Shown here piece by piece: positions 1 to 12,815 of a stretch of DNA of 64,000 bases. Under the pieces are notes generated by a model, which saw only the letters and a list, made by a program, of their open reading frames with translations, was not told the DNA's origin and did not search any database. The translations under genes and the position numbers were made by a program. Position 1 is the stretch's first letter; each line of letters opens with the position of its first letter. Where the stretch lies: contig CM119270.1 of the NCBI GenBank assembly GCA_051294375.1, forward strand, positions 16,081,562 to 16,145,561, given 5' to 3'. This DNA is from Paraspadella gotoi (lineage: Eukaryota > Animalia > Chaetognatha).

Positions 1-143
1 GATTGTTTGAATTAATCGGACGAATTGATCTTTTCAAACGATTAAAAGGAATTATTGATTTATTGATGGGTTGATTTATTTATTAATTGGTTAGAGCGAT
101 TCATTTTTATTATATTACTGATTAAAATAATTTAGAACACGCT

Positions 144-1481
144 TTACATTGGAGTCGCGCATCCGCACAAGTCCTCGTATCTGGATTTGAGGCGATGCTG
201 ACAGGCGGTACACAACCAGGCCGTCTCCGAGAACTGCATCCGGCTGAGGAGGCCTGAAACGAGGCGTAATCACATCAAAAGGATAATAATAGAAGGTTCA
301 ATCGATCAATAGAAGTCAAACCAATCACGAATAAATCAAAACCTTTCAGTTTGGTCTTTAGCGATAGTCCCGCCTCGTCGTCGTACGCGTAGATGAATTC
401 GCAGATTTCTCTCATGCAAGCGTCCACCTGCGATGGTGAGAAGGTGGGTATCACTCACGACTCGTCTCACATGTCAGTCTCCTTTCTCTCAATTTTTTTT
501 TAAATCCATCACCCGCGAAAGACCCTCACCTCGTCCAACTGACACTTCTTCTTCTCCGGACACAACGAGCACCAGGGATTCGGATCCCCGCACGCGCAAT
601 TCCCGCGCGCATGCGTCGTCTGACATCGGAGTCGATCGGTGAAGGCGGCGCGCGACGGACGAGTCTCTATTGTTCGCGGGTTACATCCGGGTGCCGGAAG
701 GCAGGGATAGGGTTGACAGGGATCGGGTCGGCAGGGAGCGGGGAGGCAGGGATCGGGTCGGCAGGGATCGGGTCGATATCTCACGAGAGGAAGACAGGGA
801 TCGGTTCTAAGAAAGAAGATAGTGTAGGTGTGGTTTATACTTATGAAATTGGTACAACCAATATAAAAATTATCCATTCATTTAATAAATAAGCTATCTT
901 GCCCCTGACTTTGGACAGGCTTTGGTGGTTTAAGGCCTCCATCACTCTTACAAGATAATGACATAGCAGGTCCCTGCAAGCTTTCAATCAAGACTCTCTC
1001 ACAGTCTCGTTTATTCACTCCCAGAGTACCTGGCTTCCCTATCAATGAAGTGGAAAATATTTCAAAGAATGTTTCAATTGTATGAAAAGACCACTCCCTT
1101 AAGTATTAGATCGGGGAATACTTATTGTACTCCGCACTAGCATCAAAATACAAGGAGCTGAATTTTATGAAATTGGTATAACTTTGACTAAAAATCATTA
1201 TATTTATAAAAAAAACCTACGGAAAGATAAGTTTCAAAAACTAAGTACGTCTTAAAATTTTATAAAAGCTAAGTCGAGCTATCTCTATCCTTACTCGCAA
1301 ATGGGCGTGGTCGGACGATCGCATCCGCATTCTGCCCCGCAGCCGGCGCCGCAGCCCGTGCCGCAGCCCGGCGCCCCGGAGACGGCGTTGTCGCAGTCGT
1401 AATTGCAGAGTTTCGTTGCGAAGGGACGACAATCCCGTTTACCGTCGCTCGTGCAGGATTCCAAAGTGCAGTCTTGGAGGA

Positions 1482-1557
<76 letters not shown>

Positions 1558-4500
1558 TGGGGTGAGTTCTAAGTTTGGGAAGATAAGTTTTGTCATTGAC
1601 CGTTCACCTCCGTTTTCGCGACAGCATTTGACGAAGCATGGCATTCCTCTCTCTTTGCAGTACTCGTTAAAAGTCCTTCGAGCATTAATTATAAATAACA
1701 ATAATAATAATAACAATAATGAGTTCCATTTTATTAAGACTGCGTTTCTTTTAGACTCGTATCTTTCTTGATAACATCCAGATTCACAACGCTCCTTCAC
1801 TCGCCTCACGTGAGAACATTTCCGCCGATGATTTCGTCAAGCACCGCGTAGTTGCCTTTTCCTTTGAACTTGTTGTGCAGCGCCTCCTTTTTACTCACCT
1901 TCGGCGGGTGGAAGCGTAAAAACAAAATGGCATCGGGGAAGAAAATTAGATATTGAAACTGTTTCGCAGCTTTCCCTACTAAATATTCACTAATTAACGC
2001 TTTATACTTCTACAATATATTAATATATAATATAATATATTGAAATCTTACCGCCAATTTCGTCCAATAATCTGTGTAAAACTTGGGATCGCTAAATTCG
2101 TCTTTGTACTCCGTAATCATGATTAGTTGACTAACGACAGCTAATTTATACGTCGATATTTATTAAATTTAAATTATACTAATAATCTGGCGCAGATTGT
2201 AAACCGTTTCTGAACGATATCGCAGTTTTCTGACTATCCGATTCTAGCTGCAAACTGAATGTAAAATCTATTTAAAAAATATTCTCAGAGGTCGGTATAA
2301 AACTAAAAGTTGGAAAACATTTTTTAAAAAAATTTTTGTCTCAAGGTTGCGTCTTAACTACGCATTGTTTATCATTTTTATTTTGTTCCGGAAGCCCAAA
2401 ACATCTCGTAAACTATTAAACTATGAAAATTAATCGTCGTACCAATTTTTAACAACAATTAAATTTTACCACCTTTTCCGCCAAAATTAGCGGTAGCCGA
2501 CCAAATTCAAATTTTAATGGGAAACAGCTTAAACTTAATCCATTATTGGTATTAATTATTGTATTAAAATAGTTTTTTTGCAAAAATGTTCCGAACCATG
2601 AGTAATTCGCTAATTAATATTATTATATTGCTATATAATGTCAAAAATTTTTGGGATATTTAAGTTTTTTTAATTGATTCTGATAGAGCTTAAAAAGTAA
2701 AGCAAAAAATATAATTACAACTTTTTAAAATTTTGATGTTTATTACTTAAAATTAGTAAAAACTATTAAAATAATCGGATGATGATGTAATGATGATTTT
2801 TTAAGGTTTTTACCAGTTTTGACCCACTTATCATCAAAATATTGAAAAAAGAATTATACTTTATGTAGACAACTTTTTATAAGCTATCTGAATCTGGTTT
2901 TTAAAATACAAAATTTAAAAAAAAAATTTTGACATTTCCTATCTATAAATAAAAAATTAATTACTAATGCTCTAGCCATTTTAGAAAATTTTGGTCCATT
3001 GAAAGTTTTCTCAGAAATGTATGAAGTTTCATTTGGAAATGTTCCCAAATCAAACTTCTGACCCACCCCATTGACAAAGTTTGGCTCTACCAAAATCAGT
3101 AAAAAAAAATTGACAATAATCTGACGACGATGATGCGGGCGAAAAAGCGAGAATTTAAAGTGGAAAAATACTTTCCCGCCTTTTCCCGCCAAAGGTCTTT
3201 CCCGCCAAAGTGGTAAAATACTTTCCCGCCAAAGGTCTTTCCCGCCAAAGTGGTAAAATACTTTCCCGCCTTTCCCGCCAAAGGACAAGTGTTCTCAACC
3301 ATATCTCCCCACATGTAAAATTAACTACTAGTTAATAACTAGGTGTGGAAATACTACCGCTACATAGGCATGGAATCCCCTCACCAAAATGGTCTTTCTT
3401 CTTCTTCACTTGGTCACACTTCCGAGCGCTTTGTCGAGGTTAAAAGAAAGAGAGAGAAAGAGGGAAAGAAAGAGGGAGAGAGCGGAGATTGACCGAGTTC
3501 CGCATCCACAGGGTAGATCTGTGATGAAAAGACGTTGGGTTGGAAAGAGAAACAATGAATTCGGATGGCGTTTGCGGTACAGGTTGGTTAGGACAAAAAT
3601 TTGAAAATATTTTCATTGTATTTGATCTTTCTTTTTTTGTTGTTTATAAAGGGGTTTAGAGAGAAAACGAAAATTTCGTTATAACAACAAGTGAATTTAT
3701 TAATTATTCGGACATGTTTCGACTCTTATGTTTTTGCGAGTTTTCATCAGCAACTGTTTGTTATAACGAAATTTTCGTTTTCTCTCTAAACCGAAAATAT
3801 TTTCAAAATAATATTTTATAGCAACAGCCGGGTTGCCTGTGATGCCCATTGGGATGGGGAATCTCAGTGTTGGCTTTGGGGGCTTCTGACCCTCAGTGAC
3901 GCCTCCAGTCTCTGGCGCGGTTACCCAAGGACGGTCTCGCTTTGCCAACGCAGAGGGAAGTCGTTAGGACTTGGGACTTGGGATGGTGTGTTCCCCCTCT
4001 GAGCCAGTGGATTTGGCTGAAGGATGGTGCACGCGAGGCGGTGTGAATATACCGCCACAATTTACAAATATTATGAAACAAAATTTGGCGAACACTTTGA
4101 GTTCGTTTAGGAAAATTTTAAGTTTTAAAACTTTGGATCGTTATTTTAACGGTGGCGTCTGTCAGTGTTCCGCATTGAAAATTCCGCATTGAAAATTACA
4201 AATTCAAAACTCACCGGGTGGTTCTTTCATATCCAACTCCGTAACCTGAAAAGTTAAAATTAAAATAAAATTAAATTAAATTAAAATTAAAGTTAAAATT
4301 AATCCATCTCTCATTCATTCATTTTTTTCCCCATTTTTGGATTCCGTAGCAACAAATTCACGGTCGCGACTTGCCTAAATAAATTCACTTCATATGAGTT
4401 TTTCTGCGTTCAAACAGTCGTCTGTCCATGCAATCAATTCCTTTTTATTTTATTTACCGAGGTATAATTTAAAAGCCATCCTATTTTAGTGAAGTTAAGT

Positions 4501-7500
4501 TGAATGTCGAAGTCATCCGGCTTGTTTTGCTCGGGGTCTTTCACAACCAAAGTGTCTTCCGTCCATTCGCTATAATAAGGGTTTTTCTCTCCCATATGCG
4601 TTAGGTATCTGTAAAAATATTACTTTAAAACTACTACGAGGTAGTAAGTTTCCTTAATATATAACCCCTGGAATTATTAGTCTGTGGTCCTTTGAGTTAC
4701 TATAAATAAGAACCCCCGTTTTATTCCAAACTCTTCATTTTTTAATAAATTTTAATTTAAAAAAAAAAAGTTTTTTTTTCTTCGGCAATGAATGTTTGGT
4801 TTATTATAAAATAAAAACATATGTTTCAACTCTTATTTTGCGAGTTTTTATCATAATTTGTATTTTACAATTAAAACAAACATTTGTTGCCGAAACAAAA
4901 AAGATATTTTTTTTCTTTCTGAATAAAGGATATAAACTGGCGCGTTTTTTTTTAACATGATTGTATATCATAGTTGTCTCAATTGAGTTTTTAATTTTGA
5001 AAATGATCGAATTTCCTTGTGATCCTGTAGCTTCATTAAAATGAAACAAATGACTCAAAAAGGATTCAAGGTACAGTACCTACTTGCCAAGTTTTAATCA
5101 AAGTAACCCAGTTATACAATATACATATATCTGTTACGCCTGCTTAAATACATAGAACAGATAGACCGACAGGCCACAAACCCAGTGTTGCTTAAAACTT
5201 AGAGAGTACACTCGAATTAGGGGGAAACTAACTCTGTAAGGTGGTTAAGAAATTTGAATTAAGCACCTGCTCAAACGAAAATTTAAACATTTTTTTAAAA
5301 AGTTGAATAGATAAAAATTTTTAATATTACTCCATTCTCCATATATTAATTTTTTAATATTTATTTATAAATAAGAAAGGCTAAAATTTTTTTCGGATTT
5401 TTTTATTTTTAAGATCAGATTCAGGTAGCTTGCAAAAAGTTGTCTACACAAAGTATAATTCTTTTTTCAATATTTTGATCATAAGTGTGTGAAAAATATG
5501 AAAAACTATTTATAATCATCATCATCATCATCATTTTTCGATTATTTTATTACTTTTTCTTAATTTTGACCAAGAAAACCTAAATATTTTTGAAAGTTGT
5601 AGTTAAATTTTTTATTTAACTTTTTATGCTCTATCAGAATCCATCAAAAAAAGTTAAGATTGATTAAAAAATTTTTTTCTCATTATATAGTAATATTGTA
5701 ATTTTAATAGCAACAATAAAAGCATTAAAATCAAACTTTTTTTAAAAATTCTTTTTTTACCTAAAAGTAGACTTCAAGACTAAAGTTTTAATTTCATAGT
5801 AGATTTCTACTCGAATCTAAACTAAAAACTGCCCGTAGTATTCTTACTTGTCAGTGTAATAGCCATATACGTTGGGCTGCACTGTATAGTTCCTGACTTG
5901 GTTATTAATGGCTGAATTGCCAAGACCCAACCGCTCATCGAACCAATTCTCAGTGTACAAGTTGGTCCAAGCTTTAACGTCCGCACAAAGGGCGTCGCAA
6001 ATAGGGGTGATCTCCTGGTAGTTGTCGGGCCAAGCGCCGCCAGGAACTCCCCAAGGATAGTGGTCCCTGTCTCCACCGAGATCCGGGCAAGCTCCACCCA
6101 CCAAACCAAACTTGCGCCTGTTAGGATGGTTGTGTCCGTACACGGGCAGCCCGATCATTTTGTGAATAGCGCTATCTTCCTCGATGGGCAGTTCGGGGAA
6201 GTAGAGAATCTAGGAGAGAGCAATTTGAAGATTGAAAATATAAACAAAGCTCCAAAAAGTTACGTATGCAAAAAAAATTTAGTTCCATATGCATAATCAT
6301 AAACTAAAGATTTTTCATTATATTCGTTTCACGAAAAAATTATTTTTTTAGTGTACAAGTTTCAGAAAATTTGTACAGTATGTAACGACGTAAAAATTAC
6401 TGAAAACAAAAATCTAAAATTACCAGAAAGTCGTGTCAAACGAATTAACGATTATGTCACAATCTAGCGAAGGTGAAGACTGAAGACTGAAGAGGCTTAA
6501 CAGGTTTACCTTTTTCCCCAAATTCGCAGTCAGTTGACGTTGTTTGAGTTGTTGCCAATAAAGACCGTCAGGGCGGACGTATGAAAACGTGGAGGTTCCT
6601 CCGGATGTGACAGAGTCAACTACGGCGATGAAGAAGATGATCAACTGGTTCTTGAGGGGCCGCTCCGCGAGGTAGAGCTCGTACTTCATCTTTGAGGCGT
6701 CGACTCTTTTGAAGTTGATTGTTTGCGGTCCCGCCGAACGCAATTCGTCTCGACTAGAGAAAGAGGTGTGGTAAGGAGACATCTAACTCTTCAAAGGCTT
6801 TATCATTTCATATTTTTCCGGAGAGTACTTATGACAAGATGGAAAAGGATGTCGTCACGCACGAGCATGGAAATTTAAACTTTCTTCCCTCAAACATGAT
6901 CTCCAATACGAACCGAATTTATAATTAAATTTTAATGAAAAATGACTCTGTGGCGGTAAATTCACACCGCCTCACGTCCAGCATCGTTCAGCCATTCCTA
7001 TTGGCTCAGAGTGGGAACGCACCATCCCAGCCGTTGTGTTCCATCTTCAGTCCTTATGACTTTTCTCTCCGTTTGTAAAGCCAGACCGTCCTAGGGTAAC
7101 CGCGCCAGTGACAGGAGGCATCACTACGGGTCGGAAGCCCCCAAAGCTTACCGTGAGATACCCCAACCTAATGGGCATCACTTGCAACCCGGCTGTTGCC
7201 ATAACTCACCTTTTTCGTTTAAAATCTGTTGATGCGTCGCCAATCCCGATGTTGATCCACAACCCGGCGTCGGGAAAATGCTTGAGTTGAACTACATTCA
7301 AATAATGTTCCTTGATATCCAGACCTGAGAAAACGGACTATGTCAAATAATATAATCATTAATCATCTGTGGTCTATAAAACATTGATGTTAAAGAGACA
7401 AAATAATAATTATGAATTGAGGAATAACCGTTCATAAATTACGTAGAGGTCACCTCTGATACGGACTACCATAGAACAGGGGGTTTTTTCCGGCCCGTCC

Positions 7501-9215
7501 GACATATCTGCTCGGTGGCTCGGTGACCATTAGGCTGGAAGGCCTCCGGGTTTGGAGGTGAATGACTCTGAATCTCTATGATTATAATCTTATAGTTTCA
7601 TAGCCTCATTATAAAGCATGAAATATTTTTCACGGATTAAAATCTACCGCTGACCTGCCCTTCTACCAAGTGGTCCAATCTTGTTTGCCATGGGCTGAGC
7701 AATAATATACTTCCAGACATCGGCTGCGTAGGGATAATTTGGTTGACCAAATAAGCAGTTAAAGATAGGCAGGTCGATGGGAACATGACCTTCGTAACTT
7801 TTATTGTACTTTTTGTGATAAATGGTGAGGTCGATGTAGTTGAGTGTATTGTTGGCAGAGACTAAATCCTTAAATTATGATTTTTATAAATGTAGAGTGT
7901 CATTAAACGTTTAAGGGTTACGATAAGTAAAAAAAAAAATCAAATCAAATCTCGCCTTCGGAAATTTGTATCCTGCCTCTCCTTCACCCTCCAGATAACT
8001 GGCGTAGTTGTTCTTGATTATATCGAACTGTTCGACAGTGAGATTCCGATAGTTTGGGTCCACGACCTTGTCGAGGCCCGTCTTGCCCGCTTTAAGATAT
8101 TCTCGGATGAACCCGTTGTCTTGCGCGCGCCAGAGTCCGTGCTTGGCTTCTCCGATCAGGGTAAGTACTTGTTCGTTGACCGTCAGATGGCGGTAGGTGC
8201 CTAGCAGGTCGAGGAAAAGCTTTTCGCCATTCCGCTCTGATAATACTACTATCTATACTATTATCTATACTACTATACTACTATCTATACCATGCGTTGC
8301 AAGAAATCCACTGAGGCTTGGCATGATGGGGATGTCCGAGTTCGTGGTGTAATAGTTTTCGTCGCAACCGTCTCTTCCATGCTCCGTTCCCTCCGTGCCA
8401 ACAAATTTCAGAAACCTTGCTGGTAGAAGAAAGATTTTTAAAAAAATTATTTAATACGATGCTCAATGAAGATAAAATTATGATGGACTAAAATCCACCG
8501 ACCGTTCATCAGCGGCCATTGCTGCAGGAGGCAAGTCATTCGCCTCCCAACCCAAAAGGTCCGGGGTTCTAGTCCGGTGGTCGCCTCGCAGTTAAGAGGG
8601 ACGGGGCGCTTAACCTGCCTGTAACATGGTGTTACTGCCTGATCCGAAGCTCAGGGACTGCTTTTATAGAACGGTTCTGTCACTAAAATCGTTCTCTTTG
8701 CAAGTTTATATGAGCAAGTAAACCACTGCAACTTGTGTTTTTCCCTTCTATTAAACTTCAACAATCAACATTACTTAACTGGTTTTTCCTATTCTTTGTG
8801 TTTTACTGCATGATTGATTGATCAATGATTTTCTGAAATTGGTACAACAAATTTTCCATTCTTTTAATAAACAAGCTATCTTGCCCCTGACTTTGGACAG
8901 TTTGGTGGTTTAAGGCCTCCATCACCTTACAAGATAATGACATAGCAGGTCCCTGAAAGCTTTCAATCAAGACTCTCTCGCAGTCTCGTTTATATCACTC
9001 CCAGAGTACCCGGTTCCCTATCATGAAGTGGTATAATATTTCAAAGAATGTTTCATTTTTATGTAATGACATTTCATATTTTTTTTTACACGGGGCGTTT
9101 TATTCTCACCCTTTTCTGGGCTTTTAGTTTGAGTACTGCAGGCTTTGACGCAGAGAATCGCAGTTGCTAACGCTGCGCCAGTCAGGAGAAGAGTCCTTCC
9201 AAAATAAAGCCTCAT
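144..9215 (-). CDS. Paralog A: signal peptide/anchor + uncharacterised ~490-aa extracellular domain + Cys-rich C-terminal extension (~859 aa, 18 exons)
   Basis: Exons 9215-9092, 8419-8291, 8200-7956, 7868-7655, 7324-7210, 6753-6510, 6209-5848, 4608-4458, 4245-4215, 3518-3494, 3428-3385, 2140-2052, 1898-1810, 1675-1608, 1472-1295, 806-530, 427-343, 253-144. All phases are compatible (2580 nt, ending in TAA). Exons 3-7 are identical in length to paralogs B and C (245/214/115/244/362 nt). The link through exons 9-11 is less certain than the core. Confidence 0.8.
841..1150 (-). mobile_element. 3' tail of a LINE-like retroelement (dispersed repeat)
   Basis: TTATGAAATTGGTACAACC...GCTATCTTGCCCCTGACTTTGGACAGG recurs at about 8834-9056, 56403-56544 and inverted at 58290-58371. 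The copies share one end (next to poly-T at 56392) and are truncated at the other. Confidence 0.6.
1483..1554. repeat. (GA)n microsatellite in an intron of paralog A
   Basis: Direct observation. Confidence 0.95.
3158..3283. repeat. Short tandem repeat (AAAGTGGTAAAATACTTTCCCGCC / AAAGGTCTTTCCCGCC units)
   Basis: About 3 copies of a ~40-bp unit. Confidence 0.85.
3709..3752 (-). ncRNA. Minimal hammerhead ribozyme in a Penelope-type palindrome (3655-3790)
   Basis: Minus strand reads CTGATGA-aaACTC..GAGT-cGAAAC-ATGTC; flanked by ~35-bp inverted arms. Confidence 0.7.
3817..4059 (-). mobile_element. tRNA-containing solo-LTR-like element, family B, ATTT 4-bp TSD
   Basis: Homologous to 6949-7203 and 53749-54004; minus-strand termini TGTGGC...GCTATA; flanks attt/attt. 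Confidence 0.7.
5218..5810 (+). mobile_element. AT-rich non-autonomous DNA transposon fragment
   Basis: Colinear with 59166-59825 (GAAATTTGAATTAAGCACCTGCTC...); related sequence lies inverted at about 2290-2900. Confidence 0.6.
6949..7203 (+). mobile_element. tRNA-containing solo-LTR-like element, family B, ACTC 4-bp TSD
   Basis: actc|TGTGGCGG...GTTGCCATA|actc; internal A-box-like TGGCTCAGAGTGG. Confidence 0.75.
8479..8686 (+). mobile_element. tRNA-containing element, family C (3' end divergent)
   Basis: Homologous to 16297-16530; B-box-like GGTTCTAGTCC; no clean TSD. Confidence 0.65.
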
Positions 9216-9321
9216 GGCCGAAGTTAGTTCCGGGCTGATCCTCTCGTGAAGGTTGAAATTACGTTTGGTACAGACTGATAAATCTTCAAATGAAGATGAT
9301 CGCTAACGAGACAAGGAGAAA

Positions 9322-10885
9322 AACAAGTTTGAGCAAACAATGTCGGATCTGCCTACGAAAATTAATTAATTAATTAATCGATTAATTAATTAATTTTAAT
9401 ATTTAATAATTAATTATAAATTTATATACAACTTATCATCATCGATGTCCTTAAAATAAAGTAAATGTGACTTATATTTTTTCCATTTAAACCAGAGATG
9501 TGGAAGCGATCGATTTTTCGCCGCTGCCAATCCGGCGCTTCCCAAGACCCCTCCCGCTCCCGTTTTCGGGTGCAATCCTTACTTTTTAAGCCCGGATCGC
9601 TTTCGATTTCGAGTGCACATCGCTTCCTTCCTTTAAAAATTTTACATTTGTTATTATTCATAAAAATATTCTCTTTAGACATGTAATTCATTGGTAGAAT
9701 AATTTTAAACAATCTTTTTTATTAACAAATAAAAAAAAAATTGTAAGATTTGTAAGAATCGTTCGAGTGGAAATGAATTTAATAAAAAAAAAAAAAAAAA
9801 CCTGTTTCCCTATTTGCTTTTTTTTTATTAAATGTAAATACTAGCTGCATTAATTATTCAATTAATCAATTAATTAATCAATAAATCATCAATTAACTAA
9901 TCAACTAATTAATCAAAAAATTAATGAATCAATTTTTTTATCAATCAATCAATTAATAAATAAATTAATTTATCAATCAACTAATTAATAAATTTATTTA
10001 TCAATAAATTATTAAAAGAACCAATTAATTAATTAATCAATTAATTAATCAATCAATTAAACAATGTCAGTGTTATCATTGTCGTCATCTCCAACATCAT
10101 TGTTGCTTTTTTCCTGGTCAGTGACCTGACAAAAAGACCTAAAAAATAACAGGCCTGATATAAATTTTATTTAATTGATCAATCAATCATTCAATTAATC
10201 ATGATGGTGTTATCCTCGTTGTCATCATCATCATTATCATCATGGTCATCATTTCTTTTGTCAAAATGAAAAGACGAAAAAACAAACAAGTTTGAGCTAA
10301 CAATGCCAGAACTGATCAGTTCATAAATTATTCAATCAATTAATCAAATATTCAATCAATCAATCAAAAAATTAAGCAATCAATCAATTTGTCATCGTCG
10401 GTGTTATCATTGTCGTGGCCGCCTTCATAAATTATTTAATTAATTGAAATTGTTTTATAATGTTTGCTGTGACTCAAAACAAGAATTTATAGAAAAATTT
10501 GAGGCGTATTTTTTGTGATAAAGAAAAACTGGTATTATCAAAAACATTAAAAAAGCAAAAATAATAAAAATATTAACAACAACAACTAGTATTTACATTG
10601 CTGAGAAAAAGGTCAGCCATGACAAGGTCGGGTAAGAACAGGTCATTCTTATTGACCACTACTGTACTACGGGTCACAAAGTACAAAGACTTTGTCGTCG
10701 TCTTCGTCATTGTATTCGTCGTCATTGTTGTTTTGGTTCAAATCATTTGAGCTCCCAAATGTTCGATATTATTCTTTTAATTAATCAATATGTAATTAAT
10801 TAAATAATTTATTATTTTTCAACTAATTAATTTATTACCGCTAATGATCGTGGGCAAATCCGGCATTGTTTGCTCAAACTTGTTT
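9322..10885. mobile_element. Cluster of DINE-1/HINE-like element fragments
   Basis: Terminal motif AAACAAGTTTGAGCAAACAATGTCGGATCTGC at 9322 and 10284, and inverted at about 10852-10884, as in the complete copies at 50.5 and 52.2 kb. Confidence 0.6.
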
Positions 10886-11061
10886 ATTAATAATTTTGAT
10901 TTATTTATTTTATATATATTGAAGAGACAGTATTTATTGTTATATGTTAATGACAGAACCGTTCAATGTAAGCAGTCCCTGAGCTTCGAATCAGGCTGTA
11001 ACACTGTGTTACAGGCGGGTTAAACGCCCCGTCGCTCTTAATTGCTAGGCGGCCACCGGGC

Positions 11062-12286
11062 TAAGGGGTGAACTTAGGTAATATTTTGCCTGATTAGGAC
11101 TGAGGCAAAGTGTTACTGAAATTGCCTAGGTAAAGAAATGATTTTTCTTAATAAAATATAGGCAATTTCTGAATCAAAATATTTTGCTTATATTTATTTT
11201 TAAAGATAAAAAAAACAATATATTTTCTTTTATTGTTATAATTTCGTTTATCAACTATATTTTCAATTTGTTATTACTATATTTTAAGCCCAAAAAATAC
11301 TTTTCGCAGATGGCATGAAATATGAGTATCAGCATTAAGTTTGTAAACTACTTGGCTACTACCGACCCAGAACCAATAAAATTATTAAAGAAGATTAATT
11401 CATTGATAAATAAAAATTAACAGATAATATAGAAATTAGTAATAACAATAAGGATGCATACATTTAAAAAGATTTGCAATGTAAGTACATATTCAGTTGT
11501 ATCCTGATATGATTGGAGATTAAAACCTTGATCAAAGATGATATAAAAATGAATACAAGACTCAAGTCGCCCAAAAATGTTTTGTATCTTATTTGAATGT
11601 CAAAGCTCATTAGAATTCTTTGCAGAATATGATATGGATTACTCAATAGTCAATACCTCCCTAGCTGTTTATATTAAAAAATTCGAGCTCGATATGGAAA
11701 GTAAATATCCTATGGATATGATTTTCAAATAAAAAAAAATCTAAAAAAATTCTCCTTCTATTTTTTCATCATTAACAAAGATTTTAACTCAAAGTAAAAA
11801 ATAACATTCTTGAACATACTGAAAAATGTTTATTTTAATTAAAAACAACTATATAATAGACTCCAACCCCATTCACCAAACACCAAATATAGTTTTAGCT
11901 ATTACTTTTTTTTATAAAATTATTTTATGTTTCATTAAAAATATTTGGGCTAAAACTAATTGAATTTCAATGTTGAGCAAATTAAAGTTTATATTTGATA
12001 AAGATTTTGTTTAAAAATTAATACCGAAAAATATCCTATTTTGTTACTTTTTTAATTTTATATGAAAATTTGCAAAATTACTTATTCAATATCTTATATT
12101 TTTATATTTTATGAATGTTTTACTATTTAAACTTAGAGAAAAACAAAGTTTATTTGTTTATTATAACGATTTTTATTTTACATAGGGACATGTTTCGGCT
12201 TTATGTATAAGCCTTCATCAGCGTTTGAATAATCAGACAAATTTTTCTCTTAACATTGAGTCAGAGAGAGAGAGAGAGAGAGAGAG

Positions 12287-12329
<43 letters not shown>

Positions 12330-12815
12330 AGAGAGAGATAAACGTTCCAACAAAGGTTGAGAAAAAGACACTGGTCAGATTGAGGACAGGTGAAGGTAAT
12401 GCTTTACTATTTAAACTATATTATTTAATTATATATATATTATTTTTTTTAAATATTATTTGCTTATTATATCTAATAACTCATTTTGGAGGAGGAGGTC
12501 TGTGTTGTCTTCTGGAAATCGAAATACAACACTAGGTTAGACTACAATAGAATACAATTAGACTAGAATATTTAATATTTAATACAATATTTAATATTTA
12601 ATACAATATTTAATATCATTTGGCTTAAAATTATTAAAGATAACCTTTCCCTTTGAAATCTTAGCAAATTAGATCATAAGTTTATCAGTTATGTCTTAGA
12701 TTTAAAGATTTCCTCAATTAAAAATTGCCTACTTTTATTCAGTTAACTACTAGGTAAACCAAAAAATTGTCTATTACCTATTTAAGAAAAAATCTTTGCC
12801 TAAGTTCACCCCTTA
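11062..12815 (+). mobile_element. Non-autonomous hAT-like DNA transposon, copy 1 (1754 bp)
   Basis: 17-bp TIR TAAGGGGTGAACTTAGG / CCTAAGTTCACCCCTTA; perfect 8-bp TSD CACCGGGC; no transposase ORF. Confidence 0.9.
12186..12224 (-). ncRNA. Minimal hammerhead ribozyme carried inside the hAT-like element (also at 17486-17525, plus strand)
   Basis: CTGATGA-aGGCTT-atacata-AAGCC-GAAAC-ATGTC. Confidence 0.75.
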
